A stretch of DNA of 64,000 bases, taken from positions 906-64,905 of the forward strand of contig DKFQ01000066.1 of the NCBI GenBank assembly GCA_002452425.1, read 5' to 3'. A program made the translations under genes and the position numbers. Source of the stretch: Sulfurimonas sp. UBA6792 (GTDB lineage Bacteria > Campylobacterota > Campylobacteria > Campylobacterales > Sulfurimonadaceae). This document shows positions 9,623 through 18,556 of the stretch, piece after piece. The number at the start of each line of letters is the position of its first letter. The first letter of the stretch is position 1. A model generated the notes under the pieces. The model worked only from the letters and a program-made list of their open reading frames with translations, was not told the origin of the DNA and searched no databases.

Positions 9623-10448
9623 AGACTTCTTTTACTCTTTGTACCTCGTAGCGTGAACCAAAAAAACACGGTGAAGTGTCATGGATATCGGCGTATGCAA
9701 GTCCCATTAAATCTTCTTTTCCATCAATCGCTTCTCCGCCTGCTTTTTTAAAGATAAAAGCAAAAGGGAAAACTTCAAAAAGCCGTCGCAGTTTTCCTTT
9801 TGGTTTATCTGAAGTAGCAGGATAACTGAAGAGTCCTCCACCTTTGAGAAGAATCTGATGCAAGTCCGGAACCATTCCGCCGGAGTATCTCAGACGATAC
9901 CCCTCTGCAAAGAAACTATCTACCATCTCTTTATGGTAAGACTTCCAGTTTTGCTGTGTTCCACCAGGCGCGTTGAGTTTGCCTTTTTCGTTTAAGCGAA
10001 CCTCTTTAACAAACTCAAACTCTTTGCCTTGAAGCAGATGCATCTTTACTTTGTTGTGCGCAAAAACCATCTCCACGCGAGGACCAAAAACGACATAACA
10101 CGATGCAACCATATTTTGTGCACCAAATGCATTCTCATAAATCCCAAAGATAGAACCAACACTTAGGTTTACATCGATTAGTGATGAACCATCAAGCGGG
10201 TCGTAAGCGATGAAGTATTTGCCATTTTCATGCAACATTACCGCATGTTCTTTCTCTTCACTTGCTATGGTGTGGATAGAAGCGACATTTGAAAACTCCT
10301 CTTCGATAATCATATCACACTTGATATCAAGCTGAAGCTGTGTCTCGCCAGAGCTGTTTTCCTGCTGTGAATAGCCTATGTCTTTTGTGTCTATCGCATC
10401 TTTTATACGTATGGCACTTCTTTGTATAGCACTAAATATATCAGTCAT
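9609..10448 (-). CDS. fbp: Fructose-1,6-bisphosphatase class 1
   Basis: [27 protein letters not shown] motifs. Confidence 0.95.
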   Translation of the reverse strand: MTDIFSAIQRSAIRIKDAIDTKDIGYSQQENSSGETQLQLDIKCDMIIEEEFSNVASIHTIASEEKEHAVMLHENGKYFIAYDPLDGSSLIDVNLSVGSIFGIYENAFGAQNMVASCYVVFGPRVEMVFAHNKVKMHLLQGKEFEFVKEVRLNEKGKLNAPGGTQQNWKSYHKEMVDSFFAEGYRLRYSGGMVPDLHQILLKGGGLFSYPATSDKPKGKLRRLFEVFPFAFIFKKAGGEAIDGKEDLMGLAYADIHDTSPCFFGSRYEVQRVKEVYANN

Positions 10449-10450
10449 TT

Positions 10451-10954
10451 TTATACTTCCTTTGCATTTTTAAATATCCACTCTATCACATCTTCACAAT
10501 TGTTCAAGTTCAAAATAGCAACATCTTTTGGAAAATCGTATCTGCTCATATCGATGCTTCCATCCGTCGCTAACGCATCCATATACGGAAAATATCCAGC
10601 ATCCAAAGAGTCTCTAAAAACACTGATGCGCGGAAGAGGGAGGTTTTTAAGCCCCTCAACGAGTAAAATATCAAACTTGTCAAAAAGCCGTATCATCTCA
10701 TCTAAATCTTGATGTTTTTGCGAAAAGTAAGTGGTACGATTTGGAGAAGTCACGATAACCTCTGCGCCTGTGTCGGAGAACTTATAGCTGTCTTTACCCT
10801 CAACATCAAAACGAGCCTTGTCTTTTGGGTCATGCTTTATGATGGCGACCTCTTTTTTATGGTCATGGATAAGTTTTCTGGCGATTTTTAATATAAGTGT
10901 CGTTTTACCGCTATTTGAAGGACCGGTAAATGCAACTGCTAATCTTTTTTTCAA
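10451..10954 (-). CDS. mobB: Molybdopterin-guanine dinucleotide biosynthesis protein B
   Basis: [26 protein letters not shown] start. Confidence 0.9.
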   Translation of the reverse strand: MKKRLAVAFTGPSNSGKTTLILKIARKLIHDHKKEVAIIKHDPKDKARFDVEGKDSYKFSDTGAEVIVTSPNRTTYFSQKHQDLDEMIRLFDKFDILLVEGLKNLPLPRISVFRDSLDAGYFPYMDALATDGSIDMSRYDFPKDVAILNLNNCEDVIEWIFKNAKEV

Positions 10955-11051
10955 TGGTTATACTTTAATCAAAATTTGAGTGATTATACAAAATAGTCGT
11001 TAAAAGGTTGTTTAATAAGCTATAATTCTCTGATTATTCAGAGGGATTTAG

Positions 11052-11540
11052 ATGAAAAATATTTTGCTATTTTTGACTTTTTTATTGCTTTTTACCGGAT
11101 GTTCTCAAAAAAATGCTTTTTTTGCATTTGATATGGACAAAACAAAAGAGTTAAGTGTTTCAAGTCTTCAAAGTAGTAAAATAGTCTCGCAAAATGCAGA
11201 TGTCAGAGGAGTTTTTTCGGCGATATATCTTAATGAGGTCTATCCAGAAACCTTCAATGAGCATGAGTACTTTTTCATATTTATCTATCTTAAAGAGGCA
11301 AAAGAGCTGCATAGCGCCAAAGATGGTATAGAGAGCAGTTTAAAACTCACTTTAAACTCCAAATCGCCACTCAAGATAAAAAAACTACCAAAGCAGAACC
11401 AATTTTCGCATCTCATAGAGACAACGAACAACTGGAGCGAGTACTACATGGTAGCGTTTGAGATGGCAGATAAGCTCAATCTCTCTCTAAAAGAGGAACA
11501 ATCCTCATCCACCGCAACACTCAAATATAAAAAAGAGTAA
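11052..11540 (+). CDS. Hypothetical lipoprotein
   Basis: Signal peptide with LFTGC lipobox. Confidence 0.75.
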   Translation: MKNILLFLTFLLLFTGCSQKNAFFAFDMDKTKELSVSSLQSSKIVSQNADVRGVFSAIYLNEVYPETFNEHEYFFIFIYLKEAKELHSAKDGIESSLKLTLNSKSPLKIKKLPKQNQFSHLIETTNNWSEYYMVAFEMADKLNLSLKEEQSSSTATLKYKKE

Positions 11541-11541
11541 A

Positions 11542-11826
11542 TCAGAGTGCTCTTAAGAGAGCACTAAGTAACACTAAAAGAACCTGCAAACCAATCACTA
11601 TGATAAGCGGTGCCAAATCCAAACCATTAAAGTTCGTTCTTACATATCTTCTGACAAGCATGTAAGCAGGATTTGTAATTCTGTATAAAAACTGAACTAT
11701 TGGGTTGAACGGGTCTGGGTTCACAAAACTAAGCAGTGCCGCTATGATAATCACCCATATATAAACATTGATGATTCCAAGAACGATAGAGCCCAACCCT
11801 TGAATGATTTCTACTAAGATGCTCAT
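11542..11826 (-). CDS. yggT: YggT family membrane protein
   Basis: ALLSFVNPDPFNPIVQFLYRITNP...GLDLAP; start trimmed to MSILV, overlapping the gltX2 stop. Confidence 0.9.
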   Translation of the reverse strand: MSILVEIIQGLGSIVLGIINVYIWVIIIAALLSFVNPDPFNPIVQFLYRITNPAYMLVRRYVRTNFNGLDLAPLIIVIGLQVLLVLLSALLRAL

Positions 11827-13043
11827 TTTACAATCTCTCCTATATAATTTTTGATGCATTTATAAACAGCAGCAATATCTGGAGTGTGTTCACTTCCCGT
11901 AAGAAGAAGTCTGAGGGATTTTAAAAAATTTTCACCTTTGATGCCGGATTCTTGCATGATATGTTTTTCAAACTCTTCATATCTATCGAAGTAGGGTGCT
12001 TTTTTGATGATAGAGGCAATCATACCCACCGATTCTTTAAGCTCCTCTGGAATCTCTTTTGGTGCAAAAATAGCACCCACCTTGCTTCTAAGCTCTTTTG
12101 TCGTACTCGCCTCTTCAAGATAGACTTTTGCAAGTTTTCCTATCTCTTCGTCTGCAAAACCTACATAGCGTGAGAGCTCTTTGGCATCAAGCATCATCAG
12201 ATGTTCTCTGTTTATCTGCTTGAGTATGTCGATATCGAAACGGGCAGGGGATTTGGATATATTTTCCAAGCTAAACCACTCTATGGCTTCTTGCAGGGTA
12301 AATATCTCTTTTGGCGGCTTAATAGCTGTTGATATTAAATAATTTGCAATTGCTGATGGTAAAAATCCCTCTTCAAGAAGCCACTTTACGCTTGAAGTAC
12401 CATCTTGCATAGCAGGAAGATGCACATACTCAATTTTCTTTTCATAGCCAAGTGATGTTCGAATCCAATCCTCTTTTGCTGCATCGCTTAGATGCTCTTC
12501 ATCACGGATGACTAAAGATATATCACCGAGCATATCATCAATCCCACAGGCGAAGCTGTAAGTTGGTCTTTTATCCTCAGTCATTATGATAAAACTCTCC
12601 GCATTAGGCTCTTGTGACTTTTTGATTCTGATGGTAAATGGATTTTGGTTGTCGATGACAAGTTCGTCAGGTAAGGAAGCGCAAGCATCATCATATTTGT
12701 ATACTTCTTTGTTGCTTTTGGCTTCTTCTCTCTTTTTTTCAAGCCACTCTGGTGAGCAAAAACAGCTAAATGCCTTTTTTTCATGAAGAAGCTGCAGAGC
12801 CATTGCTGCATGAAAACGGAAATTTTGACTTTGGTGGACAACATGAGAGTACTCAATGCCAAAAAGTTCCAAAATACCGACTATCTCTTGGTCTTTTCCT
12901 TCCATGTTTCTCTCTTTGTCCCTATCTTCTATGCGAACGATTAAACCCTCACTTCTCTGCTTTGAGACAATATAGTTCAATATGGCAACTCTTAAGTTAC
13001 CAATGTTCATATCATGAGTCGGGCTAAACGCAAATCTCAGCAT
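11823..13043 (-). CDS. gltX2: Glutamyl-tRNA synthetase 2 homolog, catalytically degenerate
   Basis: GluRS architecture (RFAxSPT, RIED, CFC, PTY.FA..DD, LRLLLTG anticodon domain), but NIGN replaces HIGH-type motif and KMSK is absent. Confidence 0.85.
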   Translation of the reverse strand: MLRFAFSPTHDMNIGNLRVAILNYIVSKQRSEGLIVRIEDRDKERNMEGKDQEIVGILELFGIEYSHVVHQSQNFRFHAAMALQLLHEKKAFSCFCSPEWLEKKREEAKSNKEVYKYDDACASLPDELVIDNQNPFTIRIKKSQEPNAESFIIMTEDKRPTYSFACGIDDMLGDISLVIRDEEHLSDAAKEDWIRTSLGYEKKIEYVHLPAMQDGTSSVKWLLEEGFLPSAIANYLISTAIKPPKEIFTLQEAIEWFSLENISKSPARFDIDILKQINREHLMMLDAKELSRYVGFADEEIGKLAKVYLEEASTTKELRSKVGAIFAPKEIPEELKESVGMIASIIKKAPYFDRYEEFEKHIMQESGIKGENFLKSLRLLLTGSEHTPDIAAVYKCIKNYIGEIVK

Positions 13044-13071
13044 TTCTATTCCTGTATAATCTAATTTTGGA

Positions 13072-13111
13072 ATTCTATCAAGTTTTAGCTAAAGCTCCGA
13101 TTTGATAGAAT
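13072..13111. promoter_or_regulatory. Divergent extended -10 promoters for gltX2 and glnS
   Basis: Perfect inverted repeat ATTCTATCAA-N20-TTGATAGAAT, giving TGnTAGAAT on each strand. Confidence 0.6.
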
Positions 13112-13152
13112 ACTATCCATAATACAAAGTTTTAAACAAAGGTTTAGTAGTC

Positions 13153-15414
13153 ATGAGTGAACACAAAGATTTTTTACGCACAATAGTTGAAAAAGACCTA
13201 AAAGCAGGCAAATATAAAAATATTATCACAAGATTTCCTCCTGAGCCAAACGGCTTTCCTCACATCGGACATGCTAAATCTATCGCTATCAATTTCGGTA
13301 TTGCACGCGATTATAACGGTCGCTGTAACCTTAGGATGGACGATACGAACCCGACTACAGAGGACACAAGATATGTTGAAGCGCTTAAAGATGCTGTTGA
13401 GTGGCTTGGATTTAAGTGGGATGGCGATGTGCGTTATACATCTGACTATTTCGACAAACTTTACGAGTATGCCGTAGAGCTTGTCAAAATGGGCAAAGCT
13501 TATGTTGACAGTTTGGATGAAGAGACGATGCGTGAGTATCGTGGTACTGTTACAGAAGCGGGGCGTCGCAGTGAATATGCAAATCGTAGTGTAGAAGAGA
13601 ACCTTGACCTTTTAGAGAGAATGAAAAACGGCGAGTTTGAAGACGGTGCGCATGTTCTTCGTGCCAAGATAGACATGTCTGCTGCAAATATGAAGATGCG
13701 TGATCCTCTTTTGTACCGCATACGCCATGCACACCACTATAGAGCAGGGGACAAGTGGGCAATTTACCCTATGTATGACTTTGGTCACTGTCTCTCTGAT
13801 TATATCGAAGGTATTACCCACTCTATCTGTACGCTAGAGTTTGAAAACAACCGTGATATCTATGACTGGGTGTTAGATACACTTGGACTTCAACCGCCAC
13901 GCCCTTATCAGCATGAGTTTGCAAGACTTGGCATCAACTATACCGTTATGAGCAAAAGAAAGCTTCTGGAGTTGGTCAATGAAAAAAGAGTAAACGGATG
14001 GGATGATCCTCGCATGCCAACTATTGCAGGGCTTAGAAGAAGAGGTTATACACCCGAATCCATTTTAAACTTCTGTGATCAAATCGGTATAGCAAAAGCA
14101 AACTCCACTGTTGATGTCTCGCAGCTTGAGTTTTGTATCAGAGATGATCTCAACACAAAAGTACCTCGTGTGATGAGTGTGCTTGATCCTCTAAAAGTAA
14201 CCATAGAGAACTATGAGGGCAGTGAAGAACTTGACGCTTCGTACTATCCTGATGATATACCAAAAGAGGGGTCAAGAAAGATTCCTTTTTCCAAAGAGAT
14301 ATATATTGAGCGTGATGATTTTGATGAAAACCCTCCAAAAGGCTATTTTCGTCTCACACCTGAACAGAGTGTGCGTCTCAAACATGCCTATATCATCACA
14401 TGCAAAGAGGTTAAAAAAGATGAAAACGGCAATATAACCGAGATAATAGCAGAGTACCATCCCAGCTCAAAAAGCGGACAAGACACAAGCGGCATAAAAG
14501 TCAAAAGTGCTATCCAATGGGTGGATGCTGCATCTGCTAAAGAAGTGGAGGTAAGGCTCTATGAAAGGCTTTATGCTTGTGAAAACCCTCAAGGCATGGA
14601 AGATCTCAATCCTAACTCTTTAAAAATCATACAAAATGCGCTTATTGAACCTGCAGTTGTAACAGAAAAACCAGATGTTAGATTTCAGTTTGAAAGACAT
14701 GGATATTTTTATGCTGATTCTGTTGACTACACAGATGAAAAACCTGTTTTTAACAAAATCGTAGGTCTTAAAGAGTCTTGGGGTAAAAAAAACAGTACTG
14801 AGGCAACCACTGCTAAGATAGAAAAAAGAGAAGATAAAAAGATTCAGATTGAGGGTAAAGCTGAAGCTATGAGTGAAGCAGAGCAGTCTCTGTTTAACAG
14901 ATACACCAATGAGCTTGGACTAAACAGTATGCTTGCCGAGATTTTAGCCAGAGATGAAAAACTCTCCTCTTTTTATGAAAATGTACTCTCGCTTCACAAC
15001 TCCCCTGTAACTATTGCAAACATTGTAGCAAATGAGGTAGCAAGAGAGTTTAAAGAGAAACAAGGCAGTGAGCTGAAGTTTACTGCACTCCAAATAGCCG
15101 AACTTGTTAAGATGATTGATGAAGGCACTATCTCAAATAAAATAGCTAAAGAAGTTTTTGAAGAGATGGCTACAAATGGAGAAAACCCTATGCTGATAGT
15201 TCAAGCTAAGGGACTTATCCAGATAAGCGACCCTGCTGTAATTGAGCCTATTATCGATGAAGTAATCGCAAAAAATCCTGACAATGTTGCTAAGTTCAAA
15301 GGCGGAAACACCAATCTGCTTGGTTTTTTTGTAGGTCAAGTACTAAAAATGACAGGCGGTAAAGCAAACCCAAGCGTGGTAAATGAACTTGTTGCACAGA
15401 AACTAAACAAGTAA
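13153..15414 (+). CDS. glnS: Glutaminyl-tRNA synthetase with C-terminal GatB/Yqey domain
   Basis: RFPPEPNG.PHIGH, DDTNP, YPMYD, MSKR, GWDDPRMPT; C-terminal GFFVGQVLK.TGGKANP. Confidence 0.95.
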   Translation: MSEHKDFLRTIVEKDLKAGKYKNIITRFPPEPNGFPHIGHAKSIAINFGIARDYNGRCNLRMDDTNPTTEDTRYVEALKDAVEWLGFKWDGDVRYTSDYFDKLYEYAVELVKMGKAYVDSLDEETMREYRGTVTEAGRRSEYANRSVEENLDLLERMKNGEFEDGAHVLRAKIDMSAANMKMRDPLLYRIRHAHHYRAGDKWAIYPMYDFGHCLSDYIEGITHSICTLEFENNRDIYDWVLDTLGLQPPRPYQHEFARLGINYTVMSKRKLLELVNEKRVNGWDDPRMPTIAGLRRRGYTPESILNFCDQIGIAKANSTVDVSQLEFCIRDDLNTKVPRVMSVLDPLKVTIENYEGSEELDASYYPDDIPKEGSRKIPFSKEIYIERDDFDENPPKGYFRLTPEQSVRLKHAYIITCKEVKKDENGNITEIIAEYHPSSKSGQDTSGIKVKSAIQWVDAASAKEVEVRLYERLYACENPQGMEDLNPNSLKIIQNALIEPAVVTEKPDVRFQFERHGYFYADSVDYTDEKPVFNKIVGLKESWGKKNSTEATTAKIEKREDKKIQIEGKAEAMSEAEQSLFNRYTNELGLNSMLAEILARDEKLSSFYENVLSLHNSPVTIANIVANEVAREFKEKQGSELKFTALQIAELVKMIDEGTISNKIAKEVFEEMATNGENPMLIVQAKGLIQISDPAVIEPIIDEVIAKNPDNVAKFKGGNTNLLGFFVGQVLKMTGGKANPSVVNELVAQKLNK

Positions 15415-15426
15415 AAGAGCAGGGGG

Positions 15427-15452
15427 TTACGCACTTTTAAAAAAGTGCGTAA
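15427..15452. terminator. Hairpin between convergent glnS and tRNA-Glu
   Basis: TTACGCACTTTT-AA-AAAAGTGCGTAA inverted repeat. Confidence 0.7.
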
Positions 15453-15526
15453 AAACTACCAAATTAGATTGACTTTGCTATTTAACGAATGTTTAATTAT
15501 TTTTGGTGTGATTAGAGTGCGAAAGT

Positions 15527-15601
15527 TGGTGACCCCGAGGAGAATCGAACTCCTGTAACCAGGATGAAAACCTGGGATCCTTACCGCTAGACGACGGGGC
15601 C
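15527..15601 (-). tRNA. tRNA-Glu (UUC)
   Basis: GGCCCCG acceptor stem, CCAGG-TTTTCAT-CCTGG anticodon arm, GTTCGA T-loop, encoded CCA. Confidence 0.97.
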
Positions 15602-15680
15602 ACTTTGTCAGTGTTTGTTACTGAGCCGAAATTATACAGATTTGTATCTTAATAATTTCTAAAACTCAGTAATTTCTTCA

Positions 15681-16226
15681 TTATTCGTAAAAGCTGCGAA
15701 GTGCTCTAATGATAACGGCATTTTTAGAGATACTCTCCGCCTTAGCATTGTCATTTACTTGCTCATACAAATCTAACGGAAGAGAGATAGAAAATGTTTT
15801 TGTCTCAATTTTTTTCTTTTTAGCAACCATAGCGACAACGCTTGATAGCAACTCTATGATTTTTTTCGTATCGATTGGTTTTTGTATGAAGCTATTAACA
15901 CCAACTTCGATAGACTCAGATATTTTTTCAATATCATTGCTTGCAGAGATAACAATGATTATTTGAGTAGGGTTGATTTCACGAATTTTGCGTGAAAGCT
16001 CTATACCATCCATCTCTGCCATGATAATATCAACAAAAACAACATCAGGAGCCGATTTAAGGTAAGCTTCTAAAGCCTCTTTACCATTAAAACATGATTT
16101 AACATCAGAAAAAAAGTTTTTGAAAGTTGAGCTCAAAAGTTCATTTGCAACTTTCTCATCTTCAACGACCATTGCCGTGAGCTTCTTTGTTTCCTGCGTA
16201 AGTTGTACTAAATCTACATTAGACAT
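15681..16226 (-). CDS. Response regulator, receiver plus ribbon-helix-helix domain
   Basis: VEDE, VDIIM.EMDG, ISA, QKP receiver motifs; C-terminal TFSISLPLDLYEQVNDNAKAESISKNAVIIRALRSF; start trimmed to MSNVD. Confidence 0.85.
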   Translation of the reverse strand: MSNVDLVQLTQETKKLTAMVVEDEKVANELLSSTFKNFFSDVKSCFNGKEALEAYLKSAPDVVFVDIIMAEMDGIELSRKIREINPTQIIIVISASNDIEKISESIEVGVNSFIQKPIDTKKIIELLSSVVAMVAKKKKIETKTFSISLPLDLYEQVNDNAKAESISKNAVIIRALRSFYE

Positions 16227-16316
16227 TTTAGAATCCTTTATTATATGTAATTCCAAATTATACAGACAATTCGGTAACAAATGAAACTGTTTTTGATTGA
16301 TAGCAACTATAACTAT

Positions 16317-16523
16317 TTAATTATATTTTTTAAATGTCTCTAGCCAATTGAGATCTGGTTCTTTAGCATCCTCTTTTTGATCTAATAGTGAACCGATGAT
16401 ATGAAGAAGGGTCTCTTCATCCATAAATTTTAAAATACTAGGATTGATGGATGTTTTATGAACATCATCATAACTGTTAAGCAAGTTTTGTATATCGTTT
16501 ATAAGTTCTTCTTTTCTATCCAT
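16317..16523 (-). CDS. Hypothetical 68-aa protein
   Basis: ORF with protein-like acidic, helical composition; co-oriented with neighbours. Confidence 0.65.
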   Translation of the reverse strand: MDRKEELINDIQNLLNSYDDVHKTSINPSILKFMDEETLLHIIGSLLDQKEDAKEPDLNWLETFKKYN

Positions 16524-16687
16524 AATCGTTTGACTCTTATCTTGTTTGGAATTTTAAAAAAATCATTCTATCTACGCATTGGTTAACATAATGTAAATTC
16601 TCTTGAATATAATTTTTATATATTAGGCATATTATATTAGATAGTATTTCATCTAAACATGGGTTTTATGATTTGACTTCTTTTTAA

Positions 16688-17048
16688 ACAGGCACAACAT
16701 AAGCCGAGTTTTGTTTTGATAGCATTAATCTACTTTACAATTCACATTGTACTTCTAGCGAAACAGTAGCATAAGCAAAAGTAAACAGTATCACTACCAT
16801 CTACTTGCTCCCTAAGACGCTGACCATCTGTTTCTTGCTGCCATGTTGGGTTTACAAGCTCTCTATATTACTATAAAGACTGGTGGTCTCTTACACCGCC
16901 CTTTCACCTTTACCGCCATTAAGCGGAAGTCTTCTCTCTGTTGCACTTTCCCTCGCATTGCTACGGCCATTCGTTAAATGGAACACTTTCTTAGAGCAGC
17001 TCGGACTTTCCTCTTGAAATAAATCAAGTTGCTATCTGTTGTACCTGC
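16688..17048 (-). ncRNA. rnpB: RNase P RNA
   Basis: GAGGAAAGTCCGAGCT near the 5' end, AGTGCAACAGAGAG, GGTGAAAGGGCGGTGTAAGAGACCACC, ACAAAACTCGGCTTA near the 3' end; P1 pairing GCAGGTACAACA/TGTTGTGCCTGT. Confidence 0.95.
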
Positions 17049-17092
17049 GAAAGCTTACAAAAAAGTTCCTTTAAGTCAGTTTTTTTCATAAG

Positions 17093-17233
17093 TGAACAAA
17101 TGTTCTTTTCTTTTAATTTATATATGAACATTTGTTCATTATGTCAAACATTAGTATGAACAATCGTTCATTTCAAATAAGAGTAAATTAACATTTGTTC
17201 ATATATACTTCTATTCACATTAACAGATGTTCA
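17093..17233. promoter_or_regulatory. Array of five 14-bp palindromic operator-like sites
   Basis: TGAACAAATGTTCT (17093), TGAACATTTGTTCA (17125), TGAACAATCGTTCA (17157), TTAACATTTGTTCA (17188), TTAACAGATGTTCA (17220). Confidence 0.85.
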
Positions 17234-17255
17234 TAACAATAAAAAAGAGGTTTTA

Positions 17256-17873
17256 ATGTCCGAAATAACGCATGTGCAAAAGAAAACAGGTACAAAGCAA
17301 AAGATACTCAAAGCAGCATCTACTCTCTTTTCAGAGTATGGATTTAAAGCAACAAGTGTGCGAAAAATAGCTTCAGAAGTGGGAATAAGAGAGAGCGCGC
17401 TGTATAACCATTTTCAAAATAAAGAGGAGATTTTTTTATCTGTTGCAAAAGAGATTTTTACAACACCCTTCTCTCAAAACGAGAGTGATATCAAAGAGTC
17501 TGCACTGAAAGGGAAGGCTTTTTTACAGAAGTTTACGATGCAATACAAGCTTCTCACATTTGATAAAAATAACGAAAACATGTTTAGGCTACTCATGATA
17601 GAGCTTTTCCAAAACAAAGAGCTTAGAGAGCAGTTTATGAATGAATTTCACAATGAAAATATAAAGGTTCTCTCAGAAGCATTTTTTATGATGATGCAAA
17701 ACTCCCTGATTCGTTCAGCAGACCCAATGATGGTCGCTTATGAGTTTTTATCCACCCTCTTCTATATCAGGCTTCAGATTACGCTTTTAAGGTTTGATGG
17801 TAGCTCTACTACAAATCTGTCAACACAATTTGAAAAGCACGTAGAGTTTTTTTGGGAGAGCATTAAAATATAA
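17256..17873 (+). CDS. TetR/AcrR family transcriptional regulator
   Basis: ILKAASTLFSEYGFKATSVRKIASEVGIRESALYNHFQNKEEI HTH. Confidence 0.95.
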   Translation: MSEITHVQKKTGTKQKILKAASTLFSEYGFKATSVRKIASEVGIRESALYNHFQNKEEIFLSVAKEIFTTPFSQNESDIKESALKGKAFLQKFTMQYKLLTFDKNNENMFRLLMIELFQNKELREQFMNEFHNENIKVLSEAFFMMMQNSLIRSADPMMVAYEFLSTLFYIRLQITLLRFDGSSTTNLSTQFEKHVEFFWESIKI

Positions 17874-17925
17874 TATTGCTTAATATTTCAAATACTATTT
17901 AATATTAAACTATTTGTATAAAAAA

Positions 17926-17977
17926 AGCAGCTTTTTAGGGCTGCTCAATATTTTGTCTCTTAAAAAAAAGAGACAAA
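17926..17977. terminator. Two hairpins between convergent tetR and oorC
   Basis: AGCAGC/GCTGCT next to an A-tract, and TTTGTCTCTT/AAGAGACAAA. Confidence 0.65.
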
Positions 17978-17986
17978 TCAATAAAA

Positions 17987-18544
17987 CTATTTATTCATAG
18001 CCTCATTTGCATATTTCTCACCTAGCTCATACGCTTGCTTATTGACGTCATGCACTTTCGCAGGAACTTTTGAGAGCATTGTATCGATAAGAGCATCTTT
18101 GTCTATCGCATTCATAAAAGTGTTTGCTATCGCAAGTGCAACAACAGACTGGGTAATAACATTACCAACTTCCTCTTTTGCAATAGTAATAATTGGAATT
18201 TCAACAATATTCCAAGTTTTTCTATCTTCATCACTCGGCTGCACAAGATTTGGATCAACAACGATTGTTCCACCCTCTTGAACACCTTTTTTAAACTGGT
18301 TGTAACTCACCTGTGCAACAGAGAGCATAAAGTTGATTTCGCCATCATTTGCGTATGGGTAAAAAATCTCCTCATCATCAAGCGTAATGTCAACAACTGT
18401 TGGACCACCACGCACTTGAGAAGTATATGTAGCAGTTTTTAAACCAAATCCACCTGTTTTAATTTTCGCTGCTGCAAAAATTTCACCTGCTAGAAGAACA
18501 CCTTGTCCGCCAACACCTGTAAATCTCATTAATGTTCTAGCCAT
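17987..18544 (-). CDS. oorC: 2-oxoglutarate:acceptor oxidoreductase gamma subunit
   Basis: GVGGQG, YTSQVRGG; operon context. Confidence 0.92.
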   Translation of the reverse strand: MARTLMRFTGVGGQGVLLAGEIFAAAKIKTGGFGLKTATYTSQVRGGPTVVDITLDDEEIFYPYANDGEINFMLSVAQVSYNQFKKGVQEGGTIVVDPNLVQPSDEDRKTWNIVEIPIITIAKEEVGNVITQSVVALAIANTFMNAIDKDALIDTMLSKVPAKVHDVNKQAYELGEKYANEAMNK

Positions 18545-18556
18545 CTATGTGTCTCC

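Noticed and set aside
11823..13043. Calling gltX2 a pseudogene or GluQ (YadB)
   Set aside because: The frame is intact with a promoter candidate; it keeps the anticodon-binding domain that GluQ lacks and has lost the catalytic motifs that GluQ keeps
17093..17233. Possible mini-CRISPR array or plasmid iterons
   Set aside because: Repeats are only 14 bp and degenerate, linkers are 17-18 bp, and there is no cas or rep gene; an operator array next to TetR fits better
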